Assembly: GCA_022447095.1 (NCBI GenBank)
Contig: JAKUUP010000005.1
Span: 2,065-66,064 of the forward strand
DNA: 64,000 nt
Direction of reading: 5' to 3'
Source of the DNA: Candidatus Thalassarchaeum betae
Lineage (GTDB): Archaea > Thermoplasmatota > Poseidoniia > Poseidoniales > Thalassarchaeaceae
The notes beneath the pieces were generated by a model. The model saw nothing but the letters and a program-made list of their open reading frames with translations, searched no databases and was not told where the DNA came from. Position 1 is the stretch's first letter. Each line of letters opens with the position of its first letter. Of the stretch, positions 1 through 9,112 are shown piece by piece. The position numbers were made by a program, and so were the translations under genes.

Positions 1-16
1 CGCTCCACTGGTTGGA

Positions 17-120
17 CCGCGCTTAGCTCAGTTGGCTAGAGCACCTGACTGTAGACTGGAAACACTTGGTTGTAGGCAGCCATCAGGGGGTCCCCGGTTC
101 AAGTCCGGGAGCGCGGACCA
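17..120 (+). tRNA. tRNA-Tyr (anticodon GUA) with a ~27-nt intron at the canonical 37/38 position; CCA encoded
   Basis: Cloverleaf folded by hand. Acceptor stem CCGCGCT (17-23) pairs with AGCGCGG (110-116), followed by discriminator A117 and CCA 118-120. D arm GCTC-AGTTGGCTA-GAGC (26-42). Anticodon stem CCTGA (44-48) pairs with TCAGG (83-87); anticodon loop CTGTAG has GTA at 51-53. The intron of ~27 nt (55-81) is inserted 3' of position 37. T arm CCCGG-TTCAAGT-CCGGG (93-109). The C1:G72 pair is the archaeal/eukaryal tRNA-Tyr identity element. Confidence 0.8.
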
Positions 121-127
121 CCTTCTA

Positions 128-149
128 CCTGAGTCCCTACGGGACTAGG
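128..149 (+). terminator. Hairpin immediately 3' of the tRNA (stem cct(g)agtccc / gggactagg, loop tac)
   Basis: Inverted repeat seen directly: a 9-bp stem with one bulged G, 8 nt after the CCA end. Possible 3'-processing or termination structure. Confidence 0.25.
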
Positions 150-201
150 TGGGCAGACTGATAAAGGAGAGTTTGGTCGGCGGGCCGCACGAGGTCTGAC
201 T

Positions 202-789
202 ATGGGTGTCCAGCAACATGTCCGCTCACTCTGGAAGTCCCCGAAGGCATCCCTTCCTCCTAGGTATCGACGTGACCGTATGGCGGGCTGGAGACGAGAG
301 CCGGTGTTCCAGAGAATCGAGCGCCCCACTCGCATTGACGCTGCTCGAAGAGTCGGCTACAAGGCGAAGCAGGGTGTCGTCGTAGTGAGGACTCGCGTAC
401 GCCGAGGAGGGCTGCGCAAGAGCAAGGTCCACATGAAGCGCAAGCCGTCCAAGGCGGGCATCAAGAAGATCACGATGGGCAAGTCCATTCAGCGTATGGC
501 CGAAGAGCGAACCAACAGGCGCTATCCAAACCTCGAAGTCCTCAACTCTTACTGGGTTGGAGAGGACGGCAAGAACAAGTTCTTCGAAGTCATTATGCTC
601 GATCCTGCCCACCCCGCGATCAAGTCGGACAAGCAGCTCGGATGGGTTTCGAGCGGCAATAGCCACAGCGGTCGCGCGTACCGCGGCAAGACCAGCGCTG
701 GCAAGCGCGGGCGTGGTCTGCGCAACAAAGGCAAGGGAGCGGAGAAGCTCCGCCCCAGCCTGAAGGCCAACAAAAACCGCGGCAAGTGA
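202..789 (+). CDS. rpl15e: 50S ribosomal protein L15e
   Basis: 195-aa very basic protein with the L15e-specific pattern (RYRRD..AGWR, GYKAKQG.V.RVRVRRGG, KGK...KGAEK.RPS), which is restricted to archaea and eukaryotes. Confidence 0.92.
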   Translation: MGVQQHVRSLWKSPKASLPPRYRRDRMAGWRREPVFQRIERPTRIDAARRVGYKAKQGVVVVRTRVRRGGLRKSKVHMKRKPSKAGIKKITMGKSIQRMAEERTNRRYPNLEVLNSYWVGEDGKNKFFEVIMLDPAHPAIKSDKQLGWVSSGNSHSGRAYRGKTSAGKRGRGLRNKGKGAEKLRPSLKANKNRGK

Positions 790-808
790 GTTCTTACTCG
801 CCGTCAGA

Positions 809-1093
809 TTGATGCCTGTCCCGTCTCGGCCAGTGTCGATGGCCGACCTTCAGGTGTCCGAGATTCGTGGACTCCCGGTGATTATGCCGAGTGGCAGGTT
901 GCTCGGGACCGTCCACGACACCGTCATAGATACTGATGGGTGGACCTGCACGCACATTTTCGTCGCCGACCCTCCAGCCGATCTTGTCGAGGGGCGAATC
1001 CACGTCGCCGTACCGTGGAACTGGGTTCGCTCGATCGGGGACGTCGTAATCCTGCGCTGGTTCCCTCCGACCCCGATTCCTCGCAAGTTGTGA
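809..1093 (+). CDS. PRC-barrel domain protein (alternative start at 839, MADLQV...)
   Basis: Small protein with the PRC-barrel signature (L.G..V....G..LG.V.D...D.DG..........VPW..V..IGD.VIL). Confidence 0.6.
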   Translation: MMPVPSRPVSMADLQVSEIRGLPVIMPSGRLLGTVHDTVIDTDGWTCTHIFVADPPADLVEGRIHVAVPWNWVRSIGDVVILRWFPPTPIPRKL

Positions 1094-1133
1094 GAGTTCA
1101 ATACAGGCAGGCTCCCGCATTGGCCTGATAGAG

Positions 1134-2201
1134 ATGCTAGAACTGCATGTACTAGGAACATCGGGCTCGCGTCCGACCCGCGGCCGCTCGGTCTCCGGCA
1201 ACTACCTCTCGACGCCATCCGGAGGAATCGTCATCGATTGCGGTGAGGGTTTCCAGGAGAGGCTGCTCAAACATGACCTCGCTCTGAAGGCTACCGGCAC
1301 CAACAAGCGCGCCCGCGCTTCCAAGATCAGGGCGGTTCTCCTAACTCACAGCCATCTCGACCACTGCTGGGGGCTACTGCCATTCCTCTACACGATGGAT
1401 CTCGACGGACGCACCGCACCGCTCACCATCATCGCACCGACCGCCGCACCGGGAAGTGAAAGCCATCCCGACTTCTCCGGGCTCTTCGAATCATGGCGGG
1501 ACCTGCTCTCGGGTGAGCTCTCGAAGGGTAGCCTTGGATTCCCCGTTGAGTGGGTACTGATTCCAGTCGAAGGCGACGAGCCGATTGACTCGCCGGTACA
1601 ACCTCTTGAGGGTGTACGCCTAACTGCCGTGCCGACGAGGCACGGCGTCGTCTCGCTCGGATGGATGGTCACAATTCCAGAGCGACCCGGCCGCTTCAAT
1701 CGCAAGCGCGCAGCATCGCTCGGACTCACTGCCCGTCAGGTTTCGCGACTCGCTGGAGGCGAGCCAGTCTCACATGACGGCGCGCAGTTGGACCCTACTG
1801 GCTTCCGCGCCGAGGCCAGACCTCCCTGCAGGCTCCTCGTCAGCGGCGACACCACTCGAGGTGTGGCCTCGTTCAATCAGGAGAGCTTGGGGGGTCCGGT
1901 GGACCTGCTAGTACACGAGGCCACTTACACCAGCGAGTATCATGACAAGTCCGTGAAATACGGACACTCGACCGCTGCGGACGCGGCAACCGCTGCATCG
2001 GCAATGGGTGCGGGTGTTCTTGGAATGGTGCATGTGAGCACGAGGATCAGGAATCCAGATACTCTCGAGTCTGAGGCGAGGGCGATTCATCCTAGCAGTT
2101 TTGTATGTGAGGATGGGGACATCATCGAAATCTCATCGGAGGGGGACATCCAGGTCTCCAGACGTCGTGAAAACGCTTGGATGCCACTGAGCATAGAATG
2201 A
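1134..2201 (+). CDS. rnz: Ribonuclease Z (tRNA 3'-processing endonuclease, metallo-beta-lactamase fold)
   Basis: N-terminus MLELHVLGTSGS..P...R.......GIVIDCGEGFQ and the zinc motif LTHSHLDHCWGLLPF (HxHxDH), with a C-terminal His motif (VHEATY). It is longer than a typical RNase Z (355 aa), with an internal insertion. Confidence 0.75.
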   Translation: MLELHVLGTSGSRPTRGRSVSGNYLSTPSGGIVIDCGEGFQERLLKHDLALKATGTNKRARASKIRAVLLTHSHLDHCWGLLPFLYTMDLDGRTAPLTIIAPTAAPGSESHPDFSGLFESWRDLLSGELSKGSLGFPVEWVLIPVEGDEPIDSPVQPLEGVRLTAVPTRHGVVSLGWMVTIPERPGRFNRKRAASLGLTARQVSRLAGGEPVSHDGAQLDPTGFRAEARPPCRLLVSGDTTRGVASFNQESLGGPVDLLVHEATYTSEYHDKSVKYGHSTAADAATAASAMGAGVLGMVHVSTRIRNPDTLESEARAIHPSSFVCEDGDIIEISSEGDIQVSRRRENAWMPLSIE

Positions 2202-2246
2202 ACGCGACTGCGATACGATTCAAAAGCAAGGGGCAAACCGTTCTGC

Positions 2247-4646
2247 GTGCGCCGAGCGTCCGCCAGCCTGCTAATCGCCCTGCTGCTGGTCAGCGCAGCT
2301 CCATTGGCACAGGCCGACTCCAAGGGAGTCATCTCCTGTCTCAACGCAGATCTCACGATGATGCCTGCCAACTGGGATATCGGAAATCAATCCTGCGTCC
2401 GCGTCGACCTCGGAGAACTGGAGCCCGGCGAGACGCTGTCGTTCGACATCACCTCCGACGAACTCATCGACATCCTGCTCTTCTCGGTCAACTCGATTTC
2501 CGTCTACCAGAACGAGCAGGCCTACAGGAGCAACTCAATCTGGGAGAGCGACTCCGTCTTCGAGAGTTTCAACGGCACAGGAGAATGGCACTGGACCGTA
2601 CCCGATGACCGTGACATGACCCGCTGGTACCTCGTTCTTGACAACCTCGCGCATCCACAGGACGGGGGCGGAGGGGCTCAGGGTGGAACTGACGCCTCAG
2701 TCAACCTCGACTCAGGAATCGTCTCACCCGCACCATTCACTCTAGTCGACACCATAGTGCGACTCGAAATCGGAGGACACTCGATACTCCACGGTCCATT
2801 CCTCGTCGACGCAGGCACACAGGTCAGAATCGACGCGACGACGATGGAAGGGGCTCCGGACGTCTTCCTGATGACAGAGTCCCAAGTGGCCCTTTACGAG
2901 GCCGGCGGCACCGCGGCCTCTCGCGTAGAGGGCACCGACATGCTCCTCATCATGACCGAGCGTCACATGGTCTGGCTCGTGCCCGAGACGTACGAGGGCA
3001 CCGATCTCTATCTTGTGGTTGACAACAGGGCAGGTCCGTCAGGAGGCGGCGCCGGGACTCAGGCAATCGCCACCACCGTCACACTCTCACTCACCCCCAT
3101 ACTGGAGCCGACCATCGGAGGAGGAATCTCCCTAGATGTCGTCGACGTGGGAGCCATCATCACCCTAGATGCCTCAGAGACTCCTAACCGCTCCGGCCAG
3201 ATACTCACCTCTGGATTCAAGTGGGACACCAACGCGGACGGTGTCGACGATACTATCGGCTCTACCGTCAACGTCAGTTGGTCAGACCCGACGAACATTA
3301 CCGTCAGACTCACCGTCGTATCCACAGACGGTCGCAGTGCGAGCGTGTATCAGGAAATCGAGGTCAGTGATATCTCCGAACCAGAGGTCAGCATCGGAGT
3401 CACCGCTGTCCTCGAGCGTACCTACGGTGACAACGTCATCCTGAGTGGGCAGGTCAGTGACAACTGGGGAATCGAGACAATCGAGTGGCTCGTCGACGAA
3501 CAACTCGTCCGATCCAATGCCGGAGACGATGAGGGTGCGACAGTATACAGCCACTCATTCGACTCCAGTTATGCGGCTGGGTCCCACACGGTCACCCTCC
3601 GCGCCACTGACCTCTCTGGCAGGGTGGCCGAGGATATCGCCAGCATTACTCTCTACGACTCGACACCTCCAGTGATCGGAATTTTCGTTGACGAGATATC
3701 CCTGCAGATTGGGCAGACATTCCGCTTTGAGGCCAATGTCACTGATGCTGAGTCTAACGACCTTCTCTTCTCTTGGGACTTTGACGACTCGGTCGACTCG
3801 GACGCGGATGGCGACCCTAGGAACGACGCCGACTCCTACGGTGACTCGGTGCTGTGGAGCTATGAGAAATCGGGCCCACAGTCGGTGGTCTGCCACATTG
3901 AGAACGATGCCGGGCTAGTCAGTGAATTCGAGATTCTCGTCAATGTGATGAGCGGCTCCGAAGACGATGGCGACTACGACCTGATGACCATGGGCATGAT
4001 TGGCCTTGCAGCCCTCATCGGCTTGCTTCTCATCGCGATGCTGTCTTGGCGAATCATCTCCAACCGCAGGCTGGCCACTCTTGTAGCACAGCAGGAGGAG
4101 ACCGAGGAAGCACCCACGACCGCTCCATCGGCGGACGAGCAGAAGGCGATGTGGGGCGGAGGGGGCGGCACGGGCGTATCAGTCCCAGAGTCAACCCCTC
4201 AGATTTTCGGCGACGTCTCCGGCGGGATGTCAGGGGTCACCGCTGATATTTCAACAGCGATGGGGGAGCCCGAGGGAGGCGAGATAGACCCCGACATCGC
4301 GGCACTGCTGGAGTCGGCTAGGCAGTCAGAGTCGGAACCTGCTTCCGGTGCCGCCAACGATTTGCTGTCCGCCTTTGAGAGCGACGACACCGTCGAGAGG
4401 GAAGATGTCGAGTTCTCGCACGAAGGAAGAACCGAGGAGGAAACCTCGACATGGGCTCCTGGTGAGGAAGGGGGAGATGTCTTCCAACCGGCCGATGAAA
4501 CGGAGCCCGAGGCGCAGGACCGGACCGTTCGCCAGAACTGCTCATCATGCGAGAAAATGTTCGAAGTCGATCTGCCGGAGGGCGTCGATGCCGCTAGAAC
4601 CGCATGCCCGCATTGCGACTCGATAGAATCGATCAGCCTCGACTGA
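2247..4646 (+). CDS. Large secreted acidic surface protein (type-I membrane topology) with a cytoplasmic C-terminal C4 zinc-ribbon tail
   Basis: Signal peptide MRRASASLLIALLLVSAAPLAQA; ~570-aa acidic ectodomain with Ig/PKD-like beta-rich segments; a single TM (LMTMGMIGLAALIGLLLIAMLSW); ~200-aa acidic tail ending NCSSCEK...ACPHCDS (CxxC-18-CxxC). Confidence 0.7.
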   Translation: MRRASASLLIALLLVSAAPLAQADSKGVISCLNADLTMMPANWDIGNQSCVRVDLGELEPGETLSFDITSDELIDILLFSVNSISVYQNEQAYRSNSIWESDSVFESFNGTGEWHWTVPDDRDMTRWYLVLDNLAHPQDGGGGAQGGTDASVNLDSGIVSPAPFTLVDTIVRLEIGGHSILHGPFLVDAGTQVRIDATTMEGAPDVFLMTESQVALYEAGGTAASRVEGTDMLLIMTERHMVWLVPETYEGTDLYLVVDNRAGPSGGGAGTQAIATTVTLSLTPILEPTIGGGISLDVVDVGAIITLDASETPNRSGQILTSGFKWDTNADGVDDTIGSTVNVSWSDPTNITVRLTVVSTDGRSASVYQEIEVSDISEPEVSIGVTAVLERTYGDNVILSGQVSDNWGIETIEWLVDEQLVRSNAGDDEGATVYSHSFDSSYAAGSHTVTLRATDLSGRVAEDIASITLYDSTPPVIGIFVDEISLQIGQTFRFEANVTDAESNDLLFSWDFDDSVDSDADGDPRNDADSYGDSVLWSYEKSGPQSVVCHIENDAGLVSEFEILVNVMSGSEDDGDYDLMTMGMIGLAALIGLLLIAMLSWRIISNRRLATLVAQQEETEEAPTTAPSADEQKAMWGGGGGTGVSVPESTPQIFGDVSGGMSGVTADISTAMGEPEGGEIDPDIAALLESARQSESEPASGAANDLLSAFESDDTVEREDVEFSHEGRTEEETSTWAPGEEGGDVFQPADETEPEAQDRTVRQNCSSCEKMFEVDLPEGVDAARTACPHCDSIESISLD

Positions 4647-4700
4647 TCCCCTAGTCTACAAACGATGCAGAGGACGTTCCTGTAGGGCAATACCCTATAG

Positions 4701-4719
4701 CGCACCTCTAGGAGGTGCG
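4701..4719 (+). promoter_or_regulatory. Hairpin that sequesters the Shine-Dalgarno sequence of the downstream giant gene
   Basis: cgcacctc-tag-gaggtgcg forms a perfect 8-bp stem. Its 3' arm contains GGAGGTG (a strong SD) 4-10 nt upstream of ATG 4723. Confidence 0.3.
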
Positions 4720-4722
4720 AGC

Positions 4723-7700
4723 ATGACCAGCACCTCTGTACGGCTCGTGCATCGAGCTCCTTCGGTGTCTCATTCACATACCCTAATGATGGTCCTACTC
4801 TTCCTATTCCCCGTCGTTTCACCAATCGCCAGCGTCAGCGGTGAGGCTAGAATAGAATCGCAGGACTTTGAGATTCTAGATCGACTATCGGAAGTATTGG
4901 AGGAGCGACAGGAGGTTCTGGATGGCAACTCCGTTGGGCAGATGGCCGGTCCGACAATCGAAGGCATCAGCAACTCAGTCACTCCTACCGGCTCGGCCGA
5001 TCCCCTCGCAGATGTCGATGGCGCTATCGAAGGGGCGACGATGGTGGTCACGAGACCCCCGGATCCAGTACACCCCGGTCCTTACCAACTCCTCGTCAAT
5101 CCCGGCAATAGTCCTCCCGGACAGGTGGATAACATATGGCAGACTCTGCTGAATATTACCGACTACGTAATCTGGACTCAGTACACCAACCTCGACGGCG
5201 ATGTCATCGAGAGTTTCGAGGTCGTCACATTTTCCTCCAATCTACTGTCGCTCTTGGATGTCAACTCAGATCCGCTTCTGCACGAAGTCGATATCGACAA
5301 CGACGGCGACGAAGACATCGAGGTCGGCCTCAAAATCGCATGGGAGTTCCTTGGCGGCTGGGGTGTCGAAGATGGGGTGCTTTGGATTGAGCCGGGGATA
5401 TCCTACTCGGTCAAGGTTCTGGACTCAAGCCAGAACGACCCAGACTGGGATAACATGGACAAACTCCAGGTCTCCTTGATCAAAGCCTTCGCCTATTCCG
5501 GACCGGACTCCATCCTCGCACTGGGAGAGGGGGAGACCTACATCTGGGTCGTTGATTCCCGATTCACGACCCAGCCCAACGATTTCACACTGAGGGTAGG
5601 GATAGAGAGATTCTACTTCGACGTCACAGGCGCTGGGTCGGACCTCATAGTCACGTTAATCCAGGCCCTTACACTCGGCATCATCAACTCGGGCGTCGAT
5701 GAGTCTGGAATCACTTTCGCATCGATTTCCGCCCCTTATGCCATAGGAATCAGCAATGACGGACAGTCAACCTGCCCCGACCGATACTCGCCGGACGAAC
5801 TGCTGTACGCCTCACACCTAGAACTGAACTGCGGCGTTGCCGCAGGCTTCGGGTACCTACACTTCTCACCACCCGATGACAGTGGAGACAGAGACATGTG
5901 GGAACTCGCTTACATTGAACTCTCACTACACCCCAACAAGGATGCAGTCATACTCCCCGAACAGGTAGAAATCGTCATCAGGACTGATAGTGTTCTGCCA
6001 GAGAATGGATTGGTCGACGGAGAAGATGGTCTGGACACTATCGAGTACTGGGCTGACGAGAGGACTGATCTCCATATCCACTTCCACGAGAACCGTTCTG
6101 AACTCCCTCCAGAGGAGTCCGCAGAAGGTGCTCGAGGCAATGTCACTGACTCCGTCGGCTGGCTACGCGGGATGCCCGCTGGGTCTCTGTCCGAGGGCGA
6201 GATCCAGAGAGTTTTCACGATGCTGGGTTCCGATGGATCGCAGTCGGAATTGCCCGGTGATCTGCCAGAGCGCCTAGGCCTGATTATCGGAATCAAAAAC
6301 TTCTCTCGCGACGACAGTCAGAATGTCAACGACCCAACATTGCCAGTTAATCCGGCCAATCCTCCGAAGACGCTTATTCTACTACGTTCCGTCCAATCCG
6401 TCGAGGAGGTTGATTACGACTCGTGGTTCCTCCGCGAGGGTGCCGTCGACGATCACAGGAAGATCCACATCTCGGCGAGGAACGTGCCTACGGCTGCGGT
6501 CTTATACGGCTCCTTCGAACTGGGAGGCAGCGACGAGGTCGAAACGAGTTTTGATTCGGAGGAAAGTCTGGACTTCGTATCGAAGATTGTGGACAACGTC
6601 CTGATTAACATAGTCGATTTGTTCCTAGACATCGGCAACGTGCTGAATGATGTCCCTTCGGCCGTAGTCGATGTCATCAGCGGCGGTGTCGATGGCACCA
6701 GCGGTCTTGAGGGACGCTCTTTTCACCTCCTGCTCAACGACAACTGGCTCGTCACCCGATCTGACATGCCAATCGACTACATTTCAGTTCAGATAGGCTC
6801 CAGCACCCATCCGGTCTTGCCCGGCGACCATCTGATGCTGGCTAAGGACAACGACCTCGCTACGGTCGATGGCCGCGATGGTCCCGTAGAGCCGCTGGTT
6901 CCGGTAGCGGCCAGCATCAGATTCAGCGGACTGATCGCATTCTCGTTAGTCGATGACAACGATCTCGACGAGCAAACCGTGACACTCCGAACGTCATCGG
7001 ACGAGTCGTTCGGATTCACCTACATCGAACATCCTCCGACTATACTCGAAGGAGCCTCCTACCAATCGCTGATCATGAGTGACATACCCGACAATCTCTC
7101 CACTCACATCACCCCCGAGAGAATGCAATACACGGCCTCGACCGGCATCGATTCAATCGTCTACGCCGGCCTAGATGGAACCCAGCGCCAAGCCGCGCAT
7201 ATCATTGGAGTTCCAGACAGTTTCACCACAACCTTCGGCACAGTAACCGGCTGGTCCTCCCTCACACCGATATCAACCATTGAGGCCCAAGTCAGCAACG
7301 CTTCCGAGCCGGTGACCATGACCGGTGACCACTTCCTGTTTCACCACGACCCGGTCTCCGAGACTTCGACAATCTCGACTAGGCTGACAGGTCTCAGTGA
7401 GGTCAGTTGGACAGCTCCCGACGAGGAAGGCGCTACCGGTCCAGCGGGCCGCGGCACCGCCCATATGTCAGTGGCCGGAGACAGACAACTGAGCATCAGT
7501 GTCGATCATGCACCCACACAAGGCGACGACGCACTATCTGTGCTCGCATCCATCGATCCGCTCCCTTCCTCGGTATCGGTCGAGATACCCACGGGGGCAG
7601 ACGCTGAATCAGCACTCGCAGTCCCAGAGTTCAACACATCCAATGGACTGTCTGGGGTCGCTTTCTTCATCAGTGGGTTCGCCAACCTCGGCCGCTCTGT

Positions 7701-9111
7701 CAACAGCGTCCTCTCAGGGATCACCTCAGACATATCCACGGGTGCCGAGTCCGAGGACGATGGCTTCTCCTTCGGTATCAAATTGAACGCTGACGCCGCT
7801 TTTGATCTCACAGTCGAGGCCATCCATGGAGATAGTTCTGTAGATGCTCCCCCGTGGGTCCACGGCATAGCGTTTCAATCATCACCCAACGGCATAGCAG
7901 ATGGCTTCCACCTCAGGACATGGCTGCCTAACTTGCCTCCGACCATCGACCTCTCAGTCAGCAGAGCACCCAACTTCAACGGTCAGGACTGGGCAATCAG
8001 CATGGGACTCGAGGATTGGGTGCCCGCGCACAGCGAGTTGATGATTCACGCATATGGAATCAACGGCCAGGATATGTTGCTCACTCTACAGGGCCTGAAT
8101 GTGGGTGAGCCAACTTCGCTGCTCATCGATTCGATATTTGAGATTAGGACGACAGGCGGTATCACAGAGGTTGGGACTACGACCCACTACTGGATGTCCA
8201 ATCGACTTGATTGGGTTCACGCCCTATTGATCAACAGGGAAGCCGGCAGTAGAACTGAGATTATGATACATGATATCCCAGAGGCAGTCGACCTGCAGTC
8301 CAGCATCGGAACCGCGGTATCGCTCGACATGACGGTGCCCGAAGAATATCGGCGTGATGGCACCGCAGTAGGGGCCATCATGCTGCAGCAGATGCAGTGG
8401 ATGGAGGATGCCTGGTGGCCTGCGACAGTCTTCCTAACCGATGTGCCCGGTTCGATCAGCCTATCGACGGCACCTGACCTGACTTTCGACATCACGCAGA
8501 ACATAGCCTTCCAAGGATCGCCAGTCCTCGACTTCACGGCCTCCGATGAAGGCATGTCCCTCTACATCGAGGCTTTCGGAAGGGCCATCAACAAGAAGGG
8601 CGACACCATATTACTGGCTCAGGGAATGACCGATAGGATGGAAATCGGTCCTACCAGTGACTTTGGTCTGACCATCAGATCAAGTGGCGAGGGCGTGGAA
8701 AGACTCTATCTCCGTATGAGCAACGTCCCAGCGACTCCGCCCATCGTCCTCGACGAGATGGAGGCCATGGGGGAGAACCTGCGGAAGGCCACCATACACG
8801 TCAGGGAGATTGTAGGACAGTACAGCATCATTGAGGTCGATGACGTGCAGGGCGGGAGAATCATCGCCTCGGCTCGAGCGTCTGCTCAAGTCGAAGGCAC
8901 CGACTGGGACCTCCGAGGTGTTCTACTGGACGCTCAGATAACCGGAGGAGTCCCGACGGGAACCACCCTCGGCGTGAATGGCATGGCTTCCGACTTGTCA
9001 CTATTGAACATGGTTCCGGGACTTGACGGCTCCACGAAGCACGTGATGGTGCCCGAACCTTTCTCCTCTGCGATTCTGACTTTGCTGGCGACTCTACTGG
9101 GGGGTACCTGA
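4723..9111 (+). CDS. Giant (1462-aa) secreted acidic surface protein with a hydrophobic C-terminal anchor preceded by a PEP motif
   Basis: N-terminal hydrophobic signal/anchor (LMMVLLFLFPVVSPIASVSG); very acidic, Asp/Ser/Thr-rich body; C-terminus VPEPFSSAILTLLATLLGGT, which resembles PEP/PEF-CTERM sorting signals. SD GGAGGTG lies upstream. Confidence 0.7.
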   Translation: MTSTSVRLVHRAPSVSHSHTLMMVLLFLFPVVSPIASVSGEARIESQDFEILDRLSEVLEERQEVLDGNSVGQMAGPTIEGISNSVTPTGSADPLADVDGAIEGATMVVTRPPDPVHPGPYQLLVNPGNSPPGQVDNIWQTLLNITDYVIWTQYTNLDGDVIESFEVVTFSSNLLSLLDVNSDPLLHEVDIDNDGDEDIEVGLKIAWEFLGGWGVEDGVLWIEPGISYSVKVLDSSQNDPDWDNMDKLQVSLIKAFAYSGPDSILALGEGETYIWVVDSRFTTQPNDFTLRVGIERFYFDVTGAGSDLIVTLIQALTLGIINSGVDESGITFASISAPYAIGISNDGQSTCPDRYSPDELLYASHLELNCGVAAGFGYLHFSPPDDSGDRDMWELAYIELSLHPNKDAVILPEQVEIVIRTDSVLPENGLVDGEDGLDTIEYWADERTDLHIHFHENRSELPPEESAEGARGNVTDSVGWLRGMPAGSLSEGEIQRVFTMLGSDGSQSELPGDLPERLGLIIGIKNFSRDDSQNVNDPTLPVNPANPPKTLILLRSVQSVEEVDYDSWFLREGAVDDHRKIHISARNVPTAAVLYGSFELGGSDEVETSFDSEESLDFVSKIVDNVLINIVDLFLDIGNVLNDVPSAVVDVISGGVDGTSGLEGRSFHLLLNDNWLVTRSDMPIDYISVQIGSSTHPVLPGDHLMLAKDNDLATVDGRDGPVEPLVPVAASIRFSGLIAFSLVDDNDLDEQTVTLRTSSDESFGFTYIEHPPTILEGASYQSLIMSDIPDNLSTHITPERMQYTASTGIDSIVYAGLDGTQRQAAHIIGVPDSFTTTFGTVTGWSSLTPISTIEAQVSNASEPVTMTGDHFLFHHDPVSETSTISTRLTGLSEVSWTAPDEEGATGPAGRGTAHMSVAGDRQLSISVDHAPTQGDDALSVLASIDPLPSSVSVEIPTGADAESALAVPEFNTSNGLSGVAFFISGFANLGRSVNSVLSGITSDISTGAESEDDGFSFGIKLNADAAFDLTVEAIHGDSSVDAPPWVHGIAFQSSPNGIADGFHLRTWLPNLPPTIDLSVSRAPNFNGQDWAISMGLEDWVPAHSELMIHAYGINGQDMLLTLQGLNVGEPTSLLIDSIFEIRTTGGITEVGTTTHYWMSNRLDWVHALLINREAGSRTEIMIHDIPEAVDLQSSIGTAVSLDMTVPEEYRRDGTAVGAIMLQQMQWMEDAWWPATVFLTDVPGSISLSTAPDLTFDITQNIAFQGSPVLDFTASDEGMSLYIEAFGRAINKKGDTILLAQGMTDRMEIGPTSDFGLTIRSSGEGVERLYLRMSNVPATPPIVLDEMEAMGENLRKATIHVREIVGQYSIIEVDDVQGGRIIASARASAQVEGTDWDLRGVLLDAQITGGVPTGTTLGVNGMASDLSLLNMVPGLDGSTKHVMVPEPFSSAILTLLATLLGGT

Positions 9112-9112
9112 A

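Noticed and set aside
226-666. 146-aa minus-strand ORF overlapping rpl15e; similar long antisense ORFs inside nuoH (19934-20827), accC (35714-36196), serS (38137-38751, 38702-39220), aldehyde dehydrogenase (56059-56574) and elsewhere
   Set aside because: High GC content depletes stop codons on the antisense strand of real genes. These ORFs have no recognisable motifs and are fully shadowed by confidently identified genes.
1-1200. tRNA gene at the window edge as a possible integration site for a mobile element
   Set aside because: The sequence downstream of the tRNA encodes core genes (rpl15e, PRC-barrel, RNase Z). No integrase, direct repeat of the tRNA 3' end, or compositional shift was seen.
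2177-2608. 143-aa ORF overlapping the start of the 799-aa surface protein gene
   Set aside because: It is in a different frame and is basic and low-complexity (Arg-rich). The 2247 ORF begins with a textbook signal peptide and is the real gene.
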